This document shows positions 1-9,643 of a stretch of 64,000 nt of DNA, piece after piece; the first letter of the stretch is position 1; the number at the start of each line of letters is the position of its first letter. The notes beneath the pieces were generated by a model. The model was not told where the DNA came from, did no database searches, and was given only the letters and a program-made list of their open reading frames with translations. The translations under genes were made by a program, and so were the position numbers. The DNA is from Chiloscyllium plagiosum (lineage: Eukaryota): positions 97,157,644 through 97,221,643 of the forward strand of contig NC_057718.1 of the NCBI RefSeq assembly GCF_004010195.1, in the 5' to 3' direction.

Positions 1-444
1 AAGACTTTGCCCACAACAGAAGTGTGACTCACTGGCCTATAGTTACTAGGGTTATCCCTACTCCCCTTTTTGAACAAGGGAACCAGATTTGCTATCCTCC
101 AGTCTTCTGGCACTATTCCTGTAGACAACGAGGACATAAATATCAAGGCCAATGGCTCTGCAATCTCCTCCCTTGCTTCCCAGAGAATCCTAGGATAAAT
201 GCCATCAGGCCCAGGGGACGTTCACCCTTTTCACCCTTTCCAGAATTTCCAACACCTCTTCCCTACATACCTCAAAGCCATCATCCATTCTAAATTGTGA
301 CTCAGTACTCACATTGACAACAATGTCCTGTTCCTTAGTGAATACTGACGAAAAGTATTCATTCAGTGTCTCCCCAATCTCTTCAGCCTCCACACGCAAC
401 TTCCCACTACTATCCTTGACTGGACCTATTCCTACCCTAGTCAT
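1..444 (-). mobile_element. CR1 LINE ORF2 internal fragment (linker/RT N-terminal region), runs off window start
   Basis: ORF 205..444(-) 'IGPVKDSSGKLRVEAEEIGETLNEYFSSVFTKE' is a typical CR1 ORF2 segment; frameshifted downstream. Confidence 0.85.
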
Positions 445-672
445 TTACATTTCCCCCAACTAAAGCACCTAACCTACCTGAACACTATGGGTAATTTAGC
501 ATGGCCAACCCACCTAACCTGTGGGAGGAAACCGGAGCACCCGGAGGAAACCCACTCAGACACGGGGAAGAATGTGTAAGCTCCACACAGACAGTCACCC
601 GAGGCTGGAATCGAACCTGGGTCCCTAGCGCTGTGAGGCGGCAGTGCTAATCACTGAGCCACCATACCACCC
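445..672 (-). mobile_element. HE1-type V-SINE (tRNA-derived head), internally deleted
   Basis: Reverse complement has tRNA A/B-box-like head GGCTCAGTG...GGTTCGATTCC and the V-domain GGGTTTCCTCCGGGTGCTCCGGTTTCCTCCCAC shared with many copies in the window. Confidence 0.85.
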
Positions 673-994
673 ATTGTTTTTTTACAGCTGTTAATTTTAT
701 TGCAAACTTTGAAAGATGAAACACAATCTGCCCTGGCAGGCAAATTATCTGCATCTGAGATCGGAATGAAACATACAGGAGGGTACCTGAGGTGGAGCTC
801 CACCCCCTCCCAGATGGTTCTCACCAATAACAAACCCTTTTTCCCTGCTGCCTTATTTGTTGAGAAACTGTTACATCTTTTGCATATTGCAGTTCTGACA
901 ACATGGAATGTTAACGCCGTCTCCCTCTCCACAGTCTCCGATGTTTCGTATTCTTATTTCCAATTCCCTCTCTTAGGTCCCGTTATTCTTGTAG

Positions 995-1110
995 CCTGAC
1001 CGGACATGAAACGTGAACTCTGTTTCTCTCTTCACAGATACTACCGGACCTGCTGAGTTTCTCCAGCAGTTTCTGTTTGTGTTTGGTTCAGATCTCCAGC
1101 ATCCACAGCT
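995..1110 (+). mobile_element. Old Penelope pLTR-like relic (family E)
   Basis: GAAACGTGAACTCTGTTTCTCTC...GACCTGCTGAGTTTCTCCAGCA...CCAGCATCCACAG; related relics at 14680-14790, 17680-17770, 23010-23110, 60480-60570. Confidence 0.5.
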
Positions 1111-1244
1111 GTTTGTTTTATTCATTAACCCCAGAATATGCTCTTTCTTTTCCAACCCCTGACACAAATGGTTTCCTTCCTGCTTGGTGTCAAGAGAATT
1201 GTCCACCGAATGCAAGTGTGTCGACCTTGAACTGTACTAATGGT

Positions 1245-1578
1245 GGGTGAGGTGATGGCCGAGTGGTATGATCACTGGACTATTAATCCAGAGACCCAAG
1301 TGATGTTCTGGGGACCTGGGTTTGAATCCCATGATGGTGGAATTTGAATACAAATCTGGAATGAAGAATTTAAAGATGACTATGAATCCGTTGTCAATGT
1401 TGGGGAAAAAAAACCCATCTGCTTCCCTGAAGTCCTTTAGGGAAGGAAATTGGCCATCCTTACCTGGTCTAGCCTACATGTGACATCCAGACTCTCAGCA
1501 TTGTGGTTGGCTCTTGCCTCTGGGCAATTGAGGATGGGCAATAAACACTGCCTCATCCCAGGAATGACTTTTAAAAAA
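1245..1578 (+). mobile_element. tRNA-headed SINE family 2 (tail shared with LINE family 2)
   Basis: Head GGCCGAGTGGTATGATCACTGGAC...GGGTTTGAATCCC, body CCTTACCTGGTCTAGCCTACATGTGAC, tail GGGCAATAAA + A-run; homologous to 13125-13470, 23120-23395, 43180-44270, 46230-46490. Confidence 0.75.
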
Positions 1579-1589
1579 ATGGCAGCCTA

Positions 1590-2030
1590 AAAATCATCAT
1601 CTCAGGTTGAGGGGATGCCAGTTAAGACTGAGTTGAAAATCACACAATACCAAGTTATAGTCCAACAGGTTTATTTGGAAGTACAGGATTTTGGAGTGCT
1701 GAGCCTTCATCAGGTAGCACTCTGAAAGCTTGGCCTTCCAAACAAACCTGTTGGACTATAACCTGTTGCTATGTGATTTTTAACTTTGTCCACTCCATCC
1801 CAACACCGGCACCAGCACATCATAGATAAGACAGGGAGGAGGAGGAATTTCCTCACTGAGTTAATCTTTGGAATGCTCTTCCCCAGGGAGTTGTGGATGA
1901 TCAGTTATTCCTTATGTACAAGGCAGAGTTTCGCAGATTTCTCAGCATCAAGGGGTATCGGCAGAGGGAAGGAATGTTGTCATTAAATGTTGGAATTGGC
2001 TTGAAGGATCATACCAGCCCTTACTTTGGT
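1590..2030 (+). mobile_element. Decayed CR1-type 3' fragment interrupted by a family-B fold-back element
   Basis: AGGAGGAATTTCCTCACTGAG...TGGAATGCTCTTCCCCAG resembles CR1 C-terminus (RNFFtqRvv..WN.LP). Confidence 0.55.
1630..1825. mobile_element. Fold-back mini-element family B (PLE pLTR-like, degenerate hammerhead)
   Basis: Inverted arms AAAATCACACAATACCAAGTTATAGTCCAACAGGTTT / AAACCTGTTGGACTATAACCTGTTGCTATGTGATTTTT. Confidence 0.75.
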
Positions 2031-2385
2031 TTTGCATGTCAGCTGTAGTTCTGGTGGTGGTATTCTTGTCTCTAAAACAGGTCTGGGTTCAAATCCCACT
2101 CAATGCAAGTATCAAGGCTGTTCTTCTAAACCACTGCTTTGGGAGTGTTTCATGGACAGAGCCTTTTGGATAATCGATAACTGAGCCTGTGTCTACCTTT
2201 GGGATTGGATGTAAAGGATCCCATTGTTACTATCTGGAAGAATTGAGGCATTCTTCCCTGGTGGTCAAGCTAACGTTACCTCACAATTCATAACACCAAA
2301 CAAAAACAGGTTATCTGGCCATTCATAATGCTGTTTGTAGACACTTGCTGTGAGCAAGTTGGCTGCTGTGCTTCTCCATCGCTAT

Positions 2386-2493
2386 GAGAAAGTGAGGACT
2401 GCAGATGCTGGAGATCAGAGCTGAAAATGTGTTGCTGGAAAAGCGCAGCTTATCTCGCCTGACCTGCTGCGCTTTTCCAGCAACATTTTCAGC
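2386..2493. mobile_element. Fold-back mini-element family A, hammerhead centre deleted
   Basis: GAGAAAGTGAGGACTGCAGATGCTGGAG end; arms GCTGAAAATGTGTTGCTGGAAAAGCGCAGC / GCTGCGCTTTTCCAGCAACATTTTCAGC; degenerate TSD CTTCTCCATCGCTATG / CTTCTTCATCACCATG. Confidence 0.75.
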
Positions 2494-2544
2494 TTCTTCA
2501 TCACCATGCCAATGATCCTTCAAAAGTATATAACTTCCTGTAAT

Positions 2545-2856
2545 TGACTGGGAAGCCCAGAATCTGCAGGGTGGGGTCGTCACAGTCTAAGGGGTAGGAC
2601 TGAGATGAGGAGAAATGTCTTCACCCAGAGAGTGGTGAGATGGTTGAACTCTCTGCCATAGAAAGTGGTTCAAACTTAAACATTGAATGTTTTCAAGAAG
2701 GAGTTAGATATCGTTCTTTAGGGATAAAGGAATCAAAGTGTATGGGGGAGAAAATGGGAACAGGGGACTGAGTTGGATAATCAGCCATGATCAGCTTGAA
2801 TGGTGGAGCCGGCTCAAAGGGCCGAATGGCCTCCTCCGGCTCCTAGTTTCAATGTT
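2545..2856 (+). mobile_element. CR1-type LINE 3' end (older subfamily)
   Basis: GATGAGGAGAAATGTCTTCACCCAGAGAGTGGTG...GATAATCAGCCATGATC...GGCCGAATGGCCTCCTCCGGCTCCTAG tail. Confidence 0.75.
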
Positions 2857-3116
2857 TGAAGTGCTTTTGGAAATCTGATGGTCATGAAAGATGCTTATAA
2901 GCACAAGGCTTTCTTTCTTACACTTTGTTTTAAATCTTTCTGATGGAAGGCAGCTGCTGGACAACTCTCTCCACAGATTCCCTCTGTCCCAGTGTTCTTG
3001 TCTTCAAATCTGAAAGGCATGTTTTTTTTACTTGAATTCATCGACGGACAGATATGACAACTCTCTGTATCGATTGATTTCTGTGCGTTCCTGATTAATG
3101 ACTGTCCTCAGATTTG

Positions 3117-3597
3117 ATTTTGATTGTTCTCTTGAAGAGCTGAAGTATGCAATCCATTAAGGTCAATTGACCACTTACTTTGGAAAAGTTAATAATGTCC
3201 ATCTCTGAAAGAAATGGTTTAAATTGTCAGCAATTCAAATTGTAATACCCTGCTTCCTTTTTGGTTTTTGTTACAATATGTAAACATTTGAAAGTCATAA
3301 CAATTGCATTTCAGTTACCTAGCAACGAGAATGGGGAAGAAATTTGCTTTCGATATCAATGCATTTAACATGCCCTTTAAGGCTCTTGATACGCAATTTC
3401 AATTTGGAAATGATTTCAATTTGGATTAGGCACTTTTAATAAGTATAATTTTGATGATGCCTTTCACCATTTCCCAAGTCTCGCTGCTGCTTTCAGACAG
3501 TCTGTCCTGTCTTTCCGTGAGAATGTAGTAAGTCACGTAACCTTGTGCAATTGAAGAGTATCTCAGGGTGTCAAAATTACAGACCATAAATGTGAGA
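3117..3597 (+). repeat. 481-bp direct duplication, copy 1
   Basis: Collinear with 4670-5150 at constant offset 1553; only about 6 substitutions seen by eye. Confidence 0.95.
3314..3326. promoter_or_regulatory. RFX X-box-like motif GTTACCTAGCAAC (second copy at 4867-4879)
   Basis: Imperfect palindrome matching the RFX consensus GTTRCC-(N)-TRGYAAC; motif match only. Confidence 0.4.
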
Positions 3598-4669
3598 TAA
3601 GCAAAGCTATTGACCCAGTGCCAATGCCGCATAGATCAGCCAGTGTTTGAGTTAAGCTGGGTGAGATTTAAAATCGAAGTGTGGCATCTGAAAGGGGTCC
3701 GAACAGCGTTGACTGTGGCGCAATGTATGGCAGCATTGGGCAGGATGTAAAGCAAGGTCCATCTCAATGTCAGGAGCACCCTGCGTCATTGTTTATAGTT
3801 TTCACAAGCAGCATGGTGAGCCTGTTGCTCAGCAGTGGTGAGGTGCCAGAGGATGGGCATTAGCTCTCATTATTGGCACAATTTGTCTCATCAGTATTGA
3901 GCCTGCCAGCTGACAAAATGGGCTCAATACAGAGGGAATTCAGCGTGTTTACCAGAGTGGCAGATAGTCAGCACACCGCTTGCTCTGGTCGGCAACCACC
4001 TTGTCTGTTACCAAACCACACATGATCCATGGTCACTGGCCATATGCACCCCTTGTTCACAGACATTGCCATCTGCCATGGCATTTGCCCATAGCTCTGG
4101 CAGCTCGGGAAACACACACTTCCGTCGCAAGGTAAACTGGCCACCAGCAATGGGGGCACTTTATTTACAGGGATGGGCACCAGACCAGGCAAGACTGCAT
4201 CTCAAGGCTTCTTGCATACTCTCAAAGTGCTGGCCCACTTAGTGCCGACACGCTCACCCCATCCCCGCACTGCCTTGTCGTGCCAATTAGCACAGGGAAG
4301 GAAACTGGCAACTTGCCCTACAGCTGAGCATTTCCCAGTCTCCGGGTTTCACACCTTGCTGTACTGCACCCCATTATTCGCCCTGTGCCAGCAGAGTACA
4401 AGGCAAATGCACAGCATGGGCAGCCATGTATCCACCTCCGGGAGGAGTAATCATCCATGTCGCGGTTGGAGGGACCCATCAGGCAGGGCTTCCTGACACA
4501 GTAAGACAAGGCCAGCGTCCTGTACCAGCCCAGAGGATTGGTCACAGTCAGGCAGCTGGTGGGATTTCTGCCATTGGAGGGTCCATGCCTTTACTGTCGG
4601 TCCATTGGCTCTGTAGTGTCCAGACCTGAGGGGGAATAGAGCCAACCTGTTGGAGTGATGTAAGGGCAC

Positions 4670-5150
4670 ATTTTGATTGTTCTCTTGAAGAGCTGAAGTA
4701 TGCAATCCATTCAGGTCAATTGACCACTTACTTTGGAAAAGTTAATAATGTCCATCTCTGAAAGAAATGGTTTAAATTGTCAGCAATTCAAATTGTAATA
4801 CCCTGCTTCCTTTTTGGTTTTTGTTCCAATATGTAAACATTTGAAAGTCATAACAATTGCATTTCAGTTACCTAGCAACGAGAATGGGGAAGAAATTTGC
4901 TTTCGATATCAATGCATTTAACATGCCCTTTAAGGCTCTTGATACACAATTTCAATTTGGAAATGATTTCAGTTTGGATTAGGCACTTTTAATAAGTATA
5001 ATTTTGATGATGCCTTTCACCATTTCCCAAGTCTCGCTGCTGCTTTCAGACAATCCGTCCTGTCTTTCCGTGAGAATGTAGTAAGTCACGTAACCTTGTG
5101 CAATTGAAGAGTATCTCAGGGTGTCAAAATTACAGACCATAAATGTGAGA
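4670..5150 (+). repeat. 481-bp direct duplication, copy 2
   Basis: Matches 3117-3597; followed immediately by local re-duplication AGACCATAAATG-TG-AGACCATAAATG. Confidence 0.95.
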
Positions 5151-5784
5151 CCATAAATGGGCTGTCTTCCCATGTTGATCAAATGGGACAGCCACGATCA
5201 GTCGTGCTAGGTGCAGAATCTTGGTGAAAAGCAGAAAAACAAGGAAAACAAAGTTTAAGAAGCTAAACATTACACGCTTCTTACTAAAACGTAGAAAAAG
5301 AAAGAAACAATGTTAACCGTTCAACATCACAGTCTGTGAGCGCCTGTCCATGCTGAGCTCACCCTCCTCACTCGGGTTCAACCCTCCCTAACTCCAGGCT
5401 ACACCTTATCTCCATCACTCCCCTGGTCTACGGGCTCTCCCCACCTTGCGGCCTATCTCTGTTCCTCCTCCCCCTGCCTTGCAGCCTGTCCTGACCCTGT
5501 TCCCCTCCGCCATGTGGTCTGTCCCTGTTCCCATTATCTAATTGATTAGCAGACCGTGTTGATGGGACTAATGGGCTACTCCTGTTCCTCGTTTGTATGT
5601 TTGAATCATATCATACAGTGCCTTTGTGTTTGTGCCATTCACCTGGGGTGGAGACAAAGTTATCAGCAAGGCCTGGTTCCATGGCACTTTTTAACAGAAG
5701 CAAAAAAGACTGCAGAAACTCAGTTTACGTCAAACTGCACTTAAAACCCTGGATATACTGCATACCTGTGCCAGACAAAGCACT

Positions 5785-6465
5785 GATGTGGAGGAGTCAG
5801 TGTTGGACTGGGGTGGACAAAGTTAAAAATCCCACAACACCAGGTTATAGTCCAACAGGTTTGTTTGGAAGCACTAGCTTTCAGAGCGCTGCTCCTTCAT
5901 CAGGTGGTTGTGGAGCAGGATCATAAGACACAGAATTTATAGCAAAAGATCACACTGTCATGCAGCTGAAATGATATATTGAACAAACCCAGATCGCTGT
6001 TAAGTCTTTCATCTTTTAGAATGGGTTGCAGGTTTCAGTTCATTAATATGTGAATCCCAGAACTTCTTTTAAGTCACATTCTTGTGATAACTTAATGTTT
6101 TATTTTTAAAAAAGTGATATCTCAGCTCAGACAAAGCATTACCTCACACCTTTAATGCACTGTCTGAGCTGAGATGTGATTTTTTTAATATATAGAACCT
6201 TAAGTTATCTCTGGGTTGTGACTTGAAAGAAGTTCTGGGATTTACATATTAATGAATCAAAACCTGCAATCCATTCTAAAAGATGAAAGACTTAACAGCA
6301 ATCTAGTTTTGGTCAATATATCGTGTCAGTTTGATCTTTTACTATAAATTCTGTGTCTGCTGATCCTGCCCCACTAGCTACCTGGTGAAGGAGCAGCGCA
6401 CTGAAAGCTTGTAGTTCCAAATAAACCTGTTGGACTATGACCTGGTGTTGTGGGATTTTTAACTT
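5785..6465. mobile_element. Long fold-back element family B (~320-bp inverted arms)
   Basis: Arm ~5820-6140 is the reverse complement of ~6154-6465 with scattered mismatches; short loop ACCTCACACCTT. Confidence 0.85.
5872..5906 (-). ncRNA. Minimal hammerhead ribozyme motif, family B
   Basis: Minus strand CAC-CUGAUGA-A-GGAGC-AGC-GCUCU-GAAA-GC-UA-GUG: catalytic core, 5-bp stem II, 3-bp stem I CAC/GUG, palindromic AGCU stem III. Confidence 0.7.
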
Positions 6466-6692
6466 GACTCCGTTGTGTTGAGGCTTCTACACCTTTCCGA
6501 AAATGTTCTGCATGGATTCACTGCAGTTGAGGAATGCTGTAATCTAATATCTATGATCATGATTTTGGTCCAGAGCAGACACAAACGTTGGAGGAGAAAG
6601 ACACTGACAATTGTATGGTTTTATGTAGAATCGGTCAGAGTGAAGATGTGATCAGACATCAGCCAATGCTGGAGGGAGCAGGACGTGGACAA

Positions 6693-7312
6693 TAGAGTCA
6701 TGGTCATAGAGTTATAGAGGTGTACAGCCTGAAAATGATCCAACTCGTCCATACCGACTAGATATCCTAAATTAATCTAGTCCCATTTGCCAGCACTTGG
6801 CCCATATCCCTCTAAACTTTTCTGATTCATATACCCATCTAGGTGCCTTTTAAATGTTGTAATTGTACCAGCCTCCACCCCTTCCTCTGGCAGCTCATTC
6901 TATACATGCACCGCCGTCTGCATGAAAAAGTTACCCCTCAGGTCCCTTTTATATCTTTCCCTTCTCACCTAAACCTATGCCCTCTAGTTTTGGACTCCCC
7001 CACCCCAGGGAAAAGACTTTGTCTATTTATCCTATCCATGCCCTTCATGATTTTATAAATCTCTATGAGGTCACCCCTCAGCCTCCGACCTCCAGGGAAA
7101 ACAGTCCCAGCCTGTTCAGCCTCTCCCTGTAGCTCAGATCCTCCAACCCTGGCAACATTCTTGTAAATCTTTTCTGAATCCGATGGGAAGGAGACCTGAA
7201 TTGCACGCAGTATTCCAAAAGTGGCCTAATCAATGTCCTGTTCAGCTGCAACATTACCTCCCAACTCCTACACTCAATGCTCTGACCAATAAAGAAAACA
7301 TATCAAACAACT
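6693..7312 (-). mobile_element. CR1 (HER1-type) LINE 3' fragment
   Basis: Antisense of ORF2 C-terminus (RGDLIEVYKIM...RVVcvWNELPEE) plus CTATGACT-type tail at 6693-6720. Confidence 0.92.
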
Positions 7313-7344
7313 TTGAGATATTGGATTGAACATTTAGCAAGAAG

Positions 7345-7528
7345 TTATGAGAGCTTTTATTGTTGGCAATGTTAAGTCTCGGGACATTTAAGCAACTCTT
7401 GGCTAGGTACATGGAAATTAGTACAATGAAGGGTATGTCGGTTATTCTGATCTTAGAGTAGGATAGAAGGCCAGCACAATGTCAAGGGCCGAAGGGCCTC
7501 TACTGTGCTGTATTTTCTATGTTCTATT
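7345..7528 (+). mobile_element. CR1-type 3' tail fragment
   Basis: GGGACATTTAAGCAACTCTTGGCTAGGTACATGG...GGGCCGAAGGGCCTCTACTGTGCTGTATTTTCTATGTTCTAT. Confidence 0.65.
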
Positions 7529-7529
7529 A

Positions 7530-8135
7530 GCGGGTTTTGAGAAGTTTGGTTCAGGTTCTGGATGCAAGTTTGCTCACTGAGCTGGAAGTTAATTTTTAGA
7601 TGTTTTGTCACCATACTAGGTAATATCATCAGTGAGCCTCTGGATGAAGCACTGGTGGCATGGCCCACTTTCTATTTATGTGTTTAGGTTTCCTTGCATT
7701 GGTGACGCCATTTCCTGTAGTGACGTCATTTCCTGTGGTTATGTCATTTCCTGTTCTTTTTCTCAGGGGGTGGTAGATGGGGGTCTAACTCGATGTTTTT
7801 ATTGATAGAGTTCTGGTTGGAATGTCATGCTTTTAGAAATTCTCGTGTGTGTCTCTGTTTGGCTTGTCCTAGGATGGATTTGTTGTCCTAGTCGAAGTGG
7901 TGTCCTTCCTCATCTGTGTGTAAGGATACTAGTGAGCTTAGGTCATGTCTTTTTGTGGCTAGTCGATGTTCATGTATCCTGGTGACTCGTTTTCTGCCTG
8001 TTTGTCCAATGTAGTGTTTGCTACAGTTCTTGCAAGATATTTTGTAAATGACATTGGTTTTGCTTGTCTGTTGGGGTCTTTCAAATTTATTAGCTGCTGT
8101 TTTAGTGTATTGGTGGATTTGTGGGCTACTATGTT
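7530..8135 (-). mobile_element. Penelope-like element family C: GIY-YIG endonuclease C-terminus, 3' UTR and degenerate hammerhead
   Basis: ORF 7888..8148(-) 'NVIYKISCKNCSKHYIGQTGRKRVTRIHEH' = GIY-YIG motif; CUGAUGA...GGUGAC-AAAA at 7596-7635 (GAAA mutated). Confidence 0.9.
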
Positions 8136-8159
8136 TTATGTTCTTCATAGTGGGAAGTT

Positions 8160-8372
8160 GTTAGTTTGGATGGCTGGTTTGCGGAGCAGAGTGATGCTAA
8201 CAGCATGGGTTAAATTCCCACACCAGCTGAGGTTACCATGAAGAGGACACTCCTTCTCAACCTTTCCCTTCTCCTGAGTTACGGTGACTTTCAGGTTAAA
8301 CCACCACCAGTCGTCTGTCTATAATGAGACAGCGACCCTGTGGTCGAGTAGGACTATGACAACTTTCATCTT
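8160..8372 (+). mobile_element. Short SINE-like family F
   Basis: GCTGAGGTTACCATGAAG...GGTGACTTTCAGGTTAAACCACCACCAGTCG...GGACTATGACAACTTT; homologous copies at 29725-29850, 45853-46055, 47965-48255, 60670-60840(-). Confidence 0.65.
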
Positions 8373-8407
8373 CATATTGAGTGAATCAATCATTTTGACA
8401 AAGTTAG

Positions 8408-8623
8408 GAGAAATTCAGGAGGGGCAGATGCTGGAGATCAGAGTTGAGAGTGTGGTGCTGGAGAGACACAGCAGGTCAGGCAGCATCCGAGAAACAGGAG
8501 AATCGACGTTTCGGGCATAAGCCCAGATGATTCCTGATGAAGGACTTATGCCCGAAACATCGATTCTCCTGTTCCTCAGATGCTGCCTGATCTGTGGTGT
8601 CTTTCCAGCACCACATTCTCAAC
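8408..8623. mobile_element. Fold-back mini-element family A with 14-bp TSD
   Basis: TSD TTTGACAAAGTTAG at 8394-8407 and 8624-8637; inverted arms; CUGAUGA...CCCGAAAC at ~8534-8562. Confidence 0.9.
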
Positions 8624-8639
8624 TTTGACAAAGTTAGCC

Positions 8640-8820
8640 TGGGAGATGTACCTGTGAATGCTTTCCGAACAGTTTCTTTAAACAATATGTTGAGGAACTA
8701 ACTGGAGATGAACCTGTTTCAGATATTGCTTTGTACAATGAGGTGGACTAATTAATAATTTTAAGGAAAAGGTCCGCTGGGAAATAGTGATCATTGAATT
8801 TAGCATGATTTTGAAAATCG
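8640..8820 (+). mobile_element. Old CR1 ORF2 endonuclease fragment (continues at ~10760-10890)
   Basis: Translates as KQYVEELTGDEPVSDIALYNE...GNSDH, resembling the CR1 EN C-terminus; 10697..10879 ORF 'LDKVNWVKRLNVLAVNNQWETFK' is the next CR1 segment. Confidence 0.55.
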
Positions 8821-9643
8821 CATACTGGAGTCACTTGGGAATACATTATTGATATTCAGGCGGTTTGTGAGGAAAGCTGGAAGAGATGGAACTATTTGGA
8901 CATTTTCTAGATTGACAATGATCATGTGATTCCTTGGGATGTCATTCAAAAATATGTGGGATGTAGCCATCTGCCAATTAACAAAGTCAAAGTTTTAAAC
9001 TGCGTTGTTAGACATTTTCTGTTTCTTTGGAAATCAAGTGACTTTGGAGGAGCAAGGAAGCATATTTTTCAAGGATATAAGAAATGAGTTGTAATTACTG
9101 AAAAAGAAACTGGCTTTGTGAAGACTAGGAGCCTAGGTTTATGCTTGGCTAACGTCCCACCCCACCCCACCCAGGTCTTAGAATTTGTTTTGAATTTGAC
9201 CGAGGGGTCGATGAGTATAGTAGACCCCCCACCCCCAGGAACCTTAGTCTCTCTCCTGAAGTCCTGTTTCTTAGAATCATTCCTGGAACCGTGATAAGCT
9301 TTCAAATTACATGTATTCCCACCTACCTAATATAACCCGAATCATGATCAATTCTCAACTACCCAAGTTGACGGTTGGCTGGAGTTAAAAGAGTTTTGCA
9401 TTTATCAACAAACAACAGTTAGCAGAAACTCTGCTTCTCTAATAAGAAATTCAGACATGAGAAATTATTACATTTTATCCTTTATTTCTCGACTTCAGTC
9501 CACACGAGTTGCATTTTCCCCCTCTTGCCTTAACCATCGTCTCTGCAGAGACTTGTCTTGTTTTTTATTGTTTGAATATATATGTATGTGGGGTTAAAAG
9601 AGATACAGTTTTAATCTCACAGTTTAGGTATTAATCAGGGTTT

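Larger units (their letters stand above)
2035..2920 (+). mobile_element. Deu-domain SINE (SacSINE1/AmnSINE-like), interrupted by family-A element and CR1 3' end
   Basis: tRNA-like head GGGTTCAAATCCCACT, core GATGTAAAGGATCCCATTG...TTGCTGTGAGCAAGTTGGCTGCTGTG, tail GCAcAAGGCTTTCTTTCTT at ~2900-2920. Confidence 0.6.

Noticed and set aside
3117..5150. LTR retroelement / TRIM interpretation of the 481-bp direct repeats
   Set aside because: No TG...CA termini, TSD, PBS or PPT at the repeat boundaries.
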